From: the human T2T-CHM13v2.0 reference genome, Homo sapiens
Assembly: GCF_009914755.1 (NCBI RefSeq)
Contig: NC_060926.1
DNA: 64,000 nucleotides
Reading direction: 5' to 3' (one strand)
Shown in pieces: positions 52,150-64,000 of this stretch. Made by a program: the position numbers and the translations under genes. Position 1 is the stretch's first letter. Each line of letters begins with the position of its first letter. A model generated the notes under the pieces. The model worked only from the letters and a program-made list of their open reading frames with translations, was not told where the DNA came from and searched no databases.

Positions 52150-52607
52150 TAAGGGAGGAGGCCACCCCTCATATCGTCTTATGCCCAATTTCTGCCTCCA
52201 AAGAAAGAAGTAAAAACTAAAAGGCAGAAATGAAATCCACAGGCAGACAGCCTGGCGCCGCACCCTGGGCCTGGTAGTTAAAGATCGACCCCTGACCTAA
52301 TCGGTTATGTTATCTATAGATTACAGACATTGTATAGAAATGCACTGTGAAAACCCCTGTCCTGTTTTGTTCTGATCTAATTACCTGTGCATGCAGCCCC
52401 CAGTCACGTACCCCCGCTTGCTGAATCAATCACGACCCTCTCACACGCACCCCCTTAGAGTTGTGAACCCTTAAAAGGGACAGGAATTGCTCACTCAGGG
52501 AGCTCGGCTCTTGAGACAGGAGTCTTGCTGATGCCCCCGGCCGAATAAACCCCTTCCTTCTTTAACTCGGTGTCTGAGGAGTTTTGTCTGCGGCTCGTCC
52601 TGACACA
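52150..52607 (+). mobile_element. LTR2 (HERV-E) solo LTR
   Basis: taagggaggaggccacccctcatatcgtcttatgcccaatttctgcctcc...gaataaaccccttcc...gcggctcgtcctgacaca; TSD ACAG (52146-49, 52608-11). Confidence 0.9.
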
Positions 52608-55600
52608 ACAGAAGTAGGTATAGTCCAATGACAGAAATGGGACTGCTTCTATTTGTAAAATATTCATTGTTTTCCAATGGTGACAGCCATTACAGCAATG
52701 CAAAGCATATTTTGGAGACTCCAAAAAAATGTGGAAGGCATAAATAAGGATGAGCATATTTGGTGACAGGGCCATCAAGACACTGGTGAGTCAAACTTGA
52801 GTGATCCAGGCTCTTACACTCAGTGACTCAAATTCACCAAACCCATTTTGCTCCTGAAGGCCATGCTCAGAGAATCAAATTCACATGCAGAGAAAGAGAA
52901 AATACTTCCTTTGTTATTGAATTTTTTTCTACAGGCACATCGGGAGCACATTTTTTTCTAACCACATAAGACACAGCTGAGATAAACACTTCTGAGTATT
53001 GCTGAGAGAGAAAGTGAATTTAAGAAAGTTATGTAATTTTGAACAAGAGGAATTAATTTCTGTTTTTGGAGAAACTTGAATCAGAAAGTGGCTCTAGATA
53101 CTAACAAGAGTAAAAGAAGAGAGAGCTCTGTTCACTACCCCCAACTCCCCTCCCTAAGAAACATATTTACATAAACAAAGCAGGGTGGGGATGGGGTAAT
53201 CTATGAGTCAATAGGATCATGTCCATCAGCTTCCAGCAAATGAAAGTCCACGAAAATGCTTTTTCCTTTCTCTTTTTAAATGTACTTAGTTAATTGACCA
53301 TTTTAGAATGCGATACAACTCAAAAGGTGTTTAATGTGCTAGGAATAAAGGGTCTTTAAACATAAAGAGTCAGGATGACTACTAGAGGCACCTAGCACTA
53401 GCCTCCTCCACAAAGAAGGACTGAAACAGCCAGTAGGTAAACACGCATTGAATAGGGGCTTAGGGTGTCTAAGAGAGAACACTGAAACTTAGCAGGAAAG
53501 TGACAGGGAACCTCCCAGGCACAGAAGGAAAGGGAAACAATGCAGCTGACCTGGCTGGGGTTGGCTTGGAGCTGGGAGAAATGCTCCATTGTGGGGTAAA
53601 GGTAAGTGAGAGATCCCTAGTGGTCCACATTCCCACCACAGACTCCTGCAGTCCTAGCTATGAGAGAGTCCCTTAGACCTCATGGGCCCTAAGACTAGTA
53701 TAGGGCACTGCCTGGGGTCCATGAGACAACATTGTTACAGACAGGACATTCTCTCCACATCCCACATCACCTCCCAAGACCTAAGCAGCTGCAGTGCATT
53801 GGCATTTGGGAGCCCAACACTTCTCAGACTACATGCTGCCCTGGGCCCCAGCAACCCCTGCATCTCCACATCCATGAAGCCCCTCTGACATCCCCCCATG
53901 TCCATCCAAAGAACTATAGCATTCCAATGCTGGCTGGACCTAGCAGCGCAGCCAGGTCTCAGCATTCCAGCCCTCTCAGAGTGCTAACCCTTGGTAAACA
54001 GGCGATGCAGTGCAACAGGGAGGCTGCCCCTGGGACAAAGGGAACCAAAGCATGGGCTCAACAGAGCTTGAGAGCTCTGCCTCTTCTGGGCTGCTGCCAC
54101 TAACTGCAACCCTGCCTCCTGTGTGCTTGCATGTGCCTTCATGGAACCTAGGGACTGAACTTCCCAGACACTGTCCTGGGGCTTGAGGACAAATCTCACA
54201 TCCTCTCCTGACAGCGCCACCCAGAGACCTTGAGAACAGGCTTGTACCACCTTTCTCCACCAGCACCCAAGTATGCGATCTGGGGGTCTGGGGATCAAGC
54301 CACCCTGCCCAATACTGCTGGTGCCCATATGTGCCATTCGGGGGACTAAGGACAGGCCGATCCCATGCACCATTACCACTGCCAGTGCCCAAGTGTGCCA
54401 TTTGGGGGTCTGGGGATTGTCCTACTCTCTCTGCCACCACAGGTGCCCATGCACAGAATCTGTAAACCTGAGGGCAGTCTTGCCTAGCCCACTGCCACTG
54501 CTGCTGGCACTCCAGTGCATCATCTGGGGAACTGAAGATTAATCCTCTCCACCCACTGCTGCTGGCACCCACGCACATCTTCAGGGGGCCTGACAAGAGG
54601 GCCTCCTTGCCAACCACTGCTGGTGCCTGCACAGGCCATCCAGCAGCTTGAGGACAGACCCGCTTCACCCACTGCCATTTCTGCTGGTAATTCCATGCAC
54701 TGTCTGTGTGCCTGGAAACTGCTCTGCCCTGCTCATCACTGCTAGTGGCTGTGCACACTATTGAGGGGCCTAAGGACAGGTCTGCACTGCCTGCTGCTGG
54801 TGCTGGCACCTACATACCTCATCCCAGGGTCTGGGGATTAATATGCCCAACTGGTGTCTATGCAAGCCTCCTGGGGCCTGAGGATGGACCCACTCTGCCT
54901 GCCCCCACCCCATGTGCATGTTATCTGGGGGCCTGGGGATAGGGCTACCCTGTCCACTGCTGGGGCCCCATGAGTTCTTGGAGGACTACAAACTGGCCTG
55001 CCCTGCTTGCAGCTACTACTGCCACTGGCAATCACCCATGTGCACCACCTGGAACTGGCCATCACTGGCAACTGAGCAAGCTGCCTGGAAACCTAAGGAC
55101 TGACCCGCCCAGCCTTATTACCACAGGTGCCCACATCTATTGCTTAGGTGCCTGAGAACTAGCATGGCCAACCCACTGCCACCACCACTGGTACCTGAGG
55201 ACTGGAACACCTGGCATCCCTGTCCCCAGCAAAGCCTTGCCACAGCCTCCACTAAAAAACACAGCCTAAGCCACTAGGGAACTCAGAGACACTACTGATA
55301 CTGATTACAGCCAAAGAAATCATATAGAGAAGACACTACTAAACCCATCCAGAATAAAAGTCAAATGTTAATTACAGGTACATCTATGGGAAAAACTTCT
55401 TCCCTACAAAAGCCAATCCACAAAATGGGAAAAAGTAGCTGTTACACCAGGTGTGCAGATGTCAATGTAAAGACACAAGAAACACAAAAAAAGCAAAGAA
55501 ATATGACATCTTCAAAGAAACACTGTAATTCTCCGGTAATAGAACCTGATGAAAAGGAAATCTATGAAATGCCTGAAAAAAATTCAAAATAGTTATATTT

Positions 55601-56783
55601 AAAGGAACTCAGTGAGATGCAAGAAGACACAGATCAATAATACAAAGAATCAGAAAAACAATGTATGATACGAATGAGGAATTCAACAAAGAGATAGACA
55701 TAAAAAAGAACCAAACAAATTCTAGAAGTGAAGAATTCAATGAATAAAATAAAAATACAAGAGGTTCAACAACAGACCATATTAAGCAGAAGAAAGAATT
55801 TCTGAATTTGAAGACAGGTCTTTCAAAATAACCCAGTCAGACAAAAGAGAAATTAAAAGAAAAAATAATAATTTTATAACTTTAATATGGGCCATCATAA
55901 AACAACCTAATATGAATTTGGGGAGTTCCAGAAGAAAAAATGATGGGCAAAGTCATAGAAAACCTATTTAATAAAATAATGGCTGAAAATTTCCCAAGCC
56001 TTACAAGAGTTAGAGACAACCAGATACAGGAAGCTCAAATATACCCAAATATATCAACCAAAAATGTCTTCTCTGAGGCACATTATAGTCAAACTGTAAA
56101 AAGTCAAAGACAAAGAGAGAATTTAAAAAAAAAGCAGGACAAGTGCATCAAGTCACATATAAGAGAATCTCTATCAGACTAACAGCAGATGTTCTCAGCA
56201 GCAACCTTACAGGCCATGAGAGAATGAGATGATATATTCAAAGTACTGAAAAAAAATCCTTTTGCAAGCAAGAATACCAAACCCAACAAATGCATCCTCC
56301 AAAACTGAAGGAGAAATAAAGTCATTCCCAGACAAGCAAAAACAGGGAATTCATCACTAGTAGTCTGGCCCTACACAAAATGTTTAAGGGATTCCTACAC
56401 CTGGAAGCAAAAGGAAGATATCTACTATCATGAAAACACATAAAAGTGTAAAACTCATGTACATAAATATACAAATGAGAAAAGGAAAGGAGTCAAATAT
56501 TACTGCTGCAGAAAACCAGCAAATCACAATGACAAACAATAAGAGAGGAAGAAAAGAGCAAATGATATATGAAAGAATTAGAGAATAATTAACAAAATAG
56601 CAGGAATAAGTCCTCACCTATCAATAATAACTTTGCATGTAAATAGATTAAATTTTATGCTTAAAAAATATAGACAGGCTAAATAGACTTTTAAAAAACC
56701 TGATTCAACTATATGTTGCCTACAAGGCACTCACTACACATGTAAAGACACGTGTAGATTGAAAGCAAAGAAAGGAAAAAAAA

Positions 56784-56919
56784 TTAAGTTGGTGCAAAAG
56801 CAATTGCGATTTTGGCCATTACTTTTAATGCTATTAATGGCAAAAACCACAATTACTTTTGCAGCATAATGACATTAAAAGTAATGTCAAAAACCACAAT
56901 TACTTTTGCAGCAACCAAC
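56784..56919. mobile_element. MADE1 with a duplicated arm
   Basis: ttaagttggtgcaaaagcaattgcg... followed by two copies of taatg(g/t)caaaaaccacaattacttttgcagca. Confidence 0.88.
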
Positions 56920-57396
56920 TACATTCATGCCAATGAAAACAAAAGGTGAGCAGGAATAGCTATACTTACATCAGATGAAACAGGATGCAAGTCAAAATCT
57001 GTAAAGAGAAAGGAGATCACTATATAAAGTAATTAATTCAGCAAGAGGTTATAACAATTCTAAATATATACTTATCCAATACCAGAGCACCCAGATACAT
57101 AAAGCAAATATTATTAGATCTAAAGGGAAAGATAGACTACAATGCAATAGTAGTTGAGGACTTCAACACTCACTCTTAGCATTGGACAGGTAATCTAGGC
57201 AGAAAATAAACACAGAAATGTTGAATTTAAACTGTGCCATAAATCACGTAGACCTCACAGACATTTACAGAACAATTTATCCAACAGCTGCAAAATACAC
57301 ATTCTTCCTATCAGCACATGGAGTGTTGTCCAGGACAGACAATCTGTTAGGCCACAAAACAAGTCTCAACAAATTTGAAAAAATCAAAATTATGTC

Positions 57397-58084
<688 letters not shown>

Positions 58085-58099
58085 AAAAAATCAAAATTA

Positions 58100-58519
<420 letters not shown>

Positions 58520-61500
58520 TCACATACCAAAACCTACGGGATACAGCAAAAGCAATGCTAAGAGGGAAGTTTATAGCAATAAGCACCCACATCAAAAAGC
58601 AGAAAGACTTCAAATAAGCAACCTAACAATATACCTCAAAGAATTAGGAAGGGTATTACAAACCAAACCCAAAATTACTAGAAGGAAAAACATAATAAAG
58701 ATCAAAACAAGACTACCCAAATTAGAGAATAAAGAAACAAAACAAAAGATCAATGAGACAAAGAGTTGCTTTTAGAACACATAAACAAAATTGAGAAAGC
58801 ACTGGTTATACTAAGAAAAAAGGACAGAAGACCCATATAAATAAAATGAAAAAGGAAAAAGGAAACCTTACAATTAATACTACAGATACAGATACTAATA
58901 CTGCGGATACTGATACTAATACAAAGGAACATAGAGATTACTATGAACAACTATCTGTTAATAAATTGGAAAATCTAGAGGGAATGTATAAATTCCTGGA
59001 CACATTCAACTTACCAAGATTGAACCAGGAAGAAAGAAAATCTGAACATACCAATAACAAGTAGTGAGACTGAATCAGTAATAAAAAGTCTCTCAATAAG
59101 GAAAGTACAGGACCAATGGTTTTATTGCTGAATTCTACCAAACATATAAAGAAGAACTAGCCCTAATTCTTCTCAAACTATTCCAAATAATTGAAGTGGA
59201 GAGATTTTTTTTTTCTAACTTATACTATGAGATTAGCATTACTTTGATCCCAAAACCAGACAAGGACAGAACAAAAGAGAAAGCTGGCCAATATCCGTGA
59301 TGAACGCAGACATCAAAATTCTTAACAAAATACTAGCAAGCCTAATCCAACAATATATTAAAACAGGAATGTAGGATAATTCAGTGGGATTTATCCCAGG
59401 AATGCAAGGATGGTTCAACATATGCAAATCAATAAGTGTGATACATCACATCAACATAATGGAGGACAAAAACCATATGATCATCTCCATAGATGCAAAA
59501 AAAGCATTTGATAAAATTCAACATCCCTTTATAAAAACTCTCAACAAATTAGGCACAGGAAGAATGTACCTCAACATAGTAAAGGTCATGTGAATGGGGA
59601 AAAGCTGGAAGACTTACTCTAAAAATTAGAACAAGACATGGATATCCACTTTTACCACTCCTTTTCAACATAGTACTGGAAGTCCTAGACAGAATAATCA
59701 ATCAAGAGAAAGAAATAATTAGAAAAGAGGAAGTCAAATTGTCATTCTTTGCAGATAACATGATCTTATATATAGAAAAGCCTAAAGGCTCCACCAAAAA
59801 GCTCTTAGAATTGATAAATTCAGTAAAGTTGTGGGACCCGAAATCAACCCACAAAAATCAGTTGCATTTCTACACATCAATAACAAACTAGCTGAAAAAC
59901 AAATCAAGAAAGCAATCTCATTTATAATAGCTAAAGAAAAATTAAATACTTTGTTAAATAAATAAATTTAAGCAAGGAGGTAAAAGACTTCTACAAGAAA
60001 AACTACAAAAAAACTATTTAAAGAAACTGAAGAGGACACAAACAATTGGAGATACATCCCATGCTCATAGATCAGAAGAATTAGTGTTATTAAATTTTAA
60101 CATCTACAGATTCAATACAATTTCCATTAAAATACTAAGGACATTTTTCAGAGAAATAGAAATAACAATCCTGAAATTTGTATAGAACCACAAAAGACCC
60201 TGAATAGCCAAAGCAATAGTGAGCAAGAAAACAAAGCCAGAAGCATAAAAATACCTGACTTCAAAATATACTACAAAACTAATAATATCACCCCAGTAAG
60301 AATGGTTATTATCAAAAAGACAAAGAAAAACAAATGCTGGAGATAATGTGGAGGAAAGGGAATTTTTATGCACTCTTGGTGGAAATGTAAATTAGTATGT
60401 TCATTTTGAAAAATAGTATGAAATTTTCTCAAAAAACTAAAAATAGAACTACTACATGATCCAGCAATCCCAGTACTGGGTATTTATCCAAAGAAAAGGA
60501 ATCAGTATATCAAAGAGATACCTGCACCCCCATGTTCATTGCAGCATTATTCACAATAGTCAAGACATGGATTCAACCTAAATCCCCATCAACAAATGAA
60601 TGCATAAAGAAAATGTGGTGGTATACACAATGGAATACTATTCAGCCATAGAAAATAATGAAATCCTGTCATTTGTAGCAACATAGATGGAACTAAAGGA
60701 CATTATGTTAAGTAAAATAAGCCATGCACAGAAAGAAAAACACTGCACATTCTAACACTGTGGGAGCTAAAAAAGTTGATCTTATGGTTCTTATGGATGT
60801 TTTGGAGATTAGAATGATAGTTACCTGAGACCAGGAAAGGTGGAGAATGAGGTGAAAAGAAGTCGATTAACGGACACAAACATACAGTTAGATAGAAACG
60901 GCAAGTTCTACTGTTTGATAGCACAGTAGGGTGACTATAGTTAACAATAATTTATTATATATTTCAAAATAGCTAGAAGATTTGAAATGTTCCCAACACA
61001 AAGAAATAATAGATATTTGAGTTTATGGATATCTTAAATATCCTGATTTGATCATTACGTGTTGTATACATGTACCAAAATATCATATGTACCACATAAA
61101 TATGTTCAATTATTATGTACCAACAAAAAAAAAGAGAAGAGTTCTACTATTTTTCAATAAACTCTCTTATTCTGTCAAAAAAGCATATTATAATGTTATA
61201 TTCCCTTCCCCCATGCAAGGAACAGAAAACGTGCCATGAAGTGCTAACAGTTCCTAATGAATGTTGTAGTGTCCATAAAATTAACAAATTAACAAATTGT
61301 TTTAGTTTACATTAGGATTCATTTTTGGTGTTGTACATCTATGGGTTTAGACAAATGTGTAAAGCCATGCATCTTCCATTATAGTATAATGGATGATAAT
61401 GATGTGTCAGTGTAGGTTCACCAATTATAACAAAATTTAACCAAATTTTCAATTTTTAATATTATAAATTGCACTACAATAAACAACTTGCACATACGTC

Positions 61501-62395
61501 TTTGTGCATTTGTCAGATTAATTCATTAGGATACATCCTAAGAAGTAGGATGTCTAGGTCAAATAAAATATGCATGTTTGGAGGCATTTATGCATATACC
61601 CAATTGCCCATCATGATAGTGATATCAATTTACACTCCCTTTAGTCATTTGTCCTTAGATTCTTTTAAATCTTGGCCAATCTGATAGAATAAGTAATTGT
61701 GTCTCATTTTTGTTTAAATTTGTACTGCTTAGATTATTGATGAGGCAGAATATAGTTTTGTGTATTTATCAGCCATTTGCATTTGTGTGTGTGTATGTGA
61801 TTTCCTCATTTAGTTATTTAACAATTCTAGAGATAATTCAAACTACCTTTGGCTATGTAAATCAATCTGAAAATTTCCCCAAAATTTTATGTTTTTACCT
61901 TATTTAAATCTGTTTTTTCTTGTCTGATTCTTACGAAAAGACTAGGAATCTACTATGCACCAAAACAAATTATTTGGTATGAAAAACGGGCTTTTCCAAC
62001 AGGTTTTGACCTCTCCTCTTTTTTTTTTTTTTTTTTTTTTTAATACAGTGCAAAGCAGCACTTTCAAAATTTGACAGGACAATAATAATGCTAGTTGAGG
62101 TTTTGGATGGGGCAAAGGCTGTGGCAAAAGAGAGGAAAATCTGGTTGAAGAAATGGGGGGGATATTAATAGGCAAGCTGTCTCAAACTTGTTTTTTAATC
62201 ACAGAATCATTTTTTTAACCTCTTTGCATTTGTGATGGTCACATGTAAATGGCAACAAACAGTAAGACTAGACCTATGCCAACCTTTCATGTACTGTTTG
62301 AAAAATCAGCTCAAAATGCGTGCCCTGCAAATGGTGTGTCAGAAACGTCGTCATTTCATGTGAAACATGAAATAATGATAATAATTATTATTACT

Positions 62396-62941
62396 TGTAT
62401 ATTAGGGTTCTCCAGAGAAACAGAACCAATAGCATATATATGGAATACTATTATGAAATACTAATATATATTTTTATGAATATATATTATATAATATGAT
62501 AAATTAATATAATATGTAATATATATTAAGGACATAATGTATGTTATAGAAATAGGCTCATGCAATTATGAGACTGAGAAATCACACAATCTGCCCTCTG
62601 CAAGCCGAAGAACTAGGAAGGCTGGTGGTATAATTAAGTTCAAGTCTGAAGACTTGAGAACCAGAATGTCGACATCTGAGGGCAAGAGCAAATGGGTGTT
62701 ACAGCTCAAGAAGAGAGAGTAAATTCATCCATCTTCTGCCTTTCTGTTCTATTTGGATCCTTCTGGGTCCAATGGATTGGATGATGTTCACTCACGTTGA
62801 AGAGGGCCATCTGCTTTACTCAGTTCACCAATTCAAACACTGATCTCTTCCAGAAACACCCTCACAGACACACCGAGAAATAATAAGCTATCTGGGTGTC
62901 CCTTAGCCCTGTCAAGTTGACACATAAAACTAACCATCACA
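62396..62941 (-). mobile_element. MLT2B-like ERVL solo LTR
   Basis: tattagggttctccagagaaacagaaccaatag...gtcaagttgacacataaaactaaccatcaca; TSD TTACT (62391-95, 62942-46); internal AT-rich expansion. Confidence 0.88.
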
Positions 62942-64000
62942 TTACTCAGAAATGTATCTCTGAACGACTTATATTTACTGAGTTAAAGGAGCTTCCTTTG
63001 AGATGCCCACTTTCTCAATACACAAGCAGGACTACAAGCTGAAATGTTAAAGCTGGAAGAACCTTTGAAGCACCTCCCTCACCTCAGTTTCCTTACCTGT
63101 GTAATGATGGTTGTGTATAAATGAAATATTTTACCTTGGTTCATATAATTTAGAGTAGGAGAAGCCCAGCAATTCCTAAATAGAAACTCCACAGGTACTG
63201 CCTTTGTAGCAATACCCATGGTAGCTCTGGGTCATGGCATGTTCATTGCATATGAGTCAACACTTTGCTTTGATGAGACCCTGAGCCAGTATTAGACTGA
63301 GCTTCTCCTAAACACTGATGCGCTTATGAGATGGTTTCCTATCAGATTACAGGGTTTATGAGCTGCAATTATTTGTTATATTTTCAAGTTTATGCTTCAC
63401 AAAGATGACAAAGCTGATTATAACTCTTAAGGCCCACAAGAATAATTGTTGCCGTGAGGCGAGCTTAAGATTTCTGCTTGCATCATAAAGCACACTCCTA
63501 ATGAGAGATGCAGAATTTTGTAGCTTCTCTGCTTTTTAAAATACATTTTTGATGAAAAGATATTTCATGCTCCATAGCTTCTTATACCTCTGACCAGCTT
63601 TAAACTTAATTAGTCCCATCTAAACCAATGTCAGCTGTGTTATGGAGAACTCTTCATGGCAAACTTTCCCATTTGGATGAAATATGAGATGTGCATGGGC
63701 ACATTCTGCTGAACAAAAAAAAAAAAAAAAAGCAAAGACTAAATTTCTTGTCTGGAAGCAAAGTTTCTGGAACATGTAACTCAGGCGGCTCAGACAGCAG
63801 CAGTTTGTGCTTTATTTTGAAAACATTCCTGCTCGTGAAGAACAGAATGCAAAGGGTAATCAACTTCTGGGACTTTGCAGAAAACCCTTCTGAAAAAGAA
63901 GAGAGTGATGAGCAAACTAGGCCCCCACACACCATGGAAATTTTAGAAGTTTTCTTAAGCTGCTTTTCACTGATAAGCTACCTTATGTTTTTCAAGTTCC

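Noticed and set aside
53976-54809. Longest ORF (277 aa, minus strand) and overlapping ORFs
   Set aside because: It is antisense to the GC-rich, internally repetitive 5' region of the old L1. Stop-poor composition explains the length, and there is no recognisable domain.

Overview
This is primate (very probably human) non-coding genomic DNA, AT-rich and dominated by interspersed repeats. I found no convincing host protein-coding gene, RNA gene or CpG island. Most ORFs on the track come from Alu, L1, ERV or mariner sequence, or from low-complexity DNA. The centrepiece is a minus-strand HERV-H provirus (37506-44241) with two LTR7s, a tRNA-His primer binding site, a polypurine tract and an intact major splice donor. 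A HERV-K(HML-2) LTR5B-like solo LTR (39257-40179, TSD GATCAG) sits in the opposite orientation inside its pol region, so two ERV promoters face each other. Other ERV solo LTRs lie nearby (MER50, MER41A, LTR2/HERV-E, THE1, MLT1/2, LTR16). The window also holds a full-length Hsmar2 mariner, a MER6 and a near full-length old L1MA. That L1MA carries a nested twin-primed L1PA, a rearranged MADE1 and a truncated Alu. Smaller structures include two strong DNA hairpins (4815-4916, 25196-25246), a diverged 90-bp local duplication, an L1 with a short 3' transduction tag, an 11-unit GGAA microsatellite and a close head-to-head Alu pair. Subfamily calls come from remembered consensus motifs, not from a database search, and boundaries of old repeats are approximate. 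I cannot claim a new biological system; the nested convergent LTR7/LTR5B module is the best candidate for follow-up.
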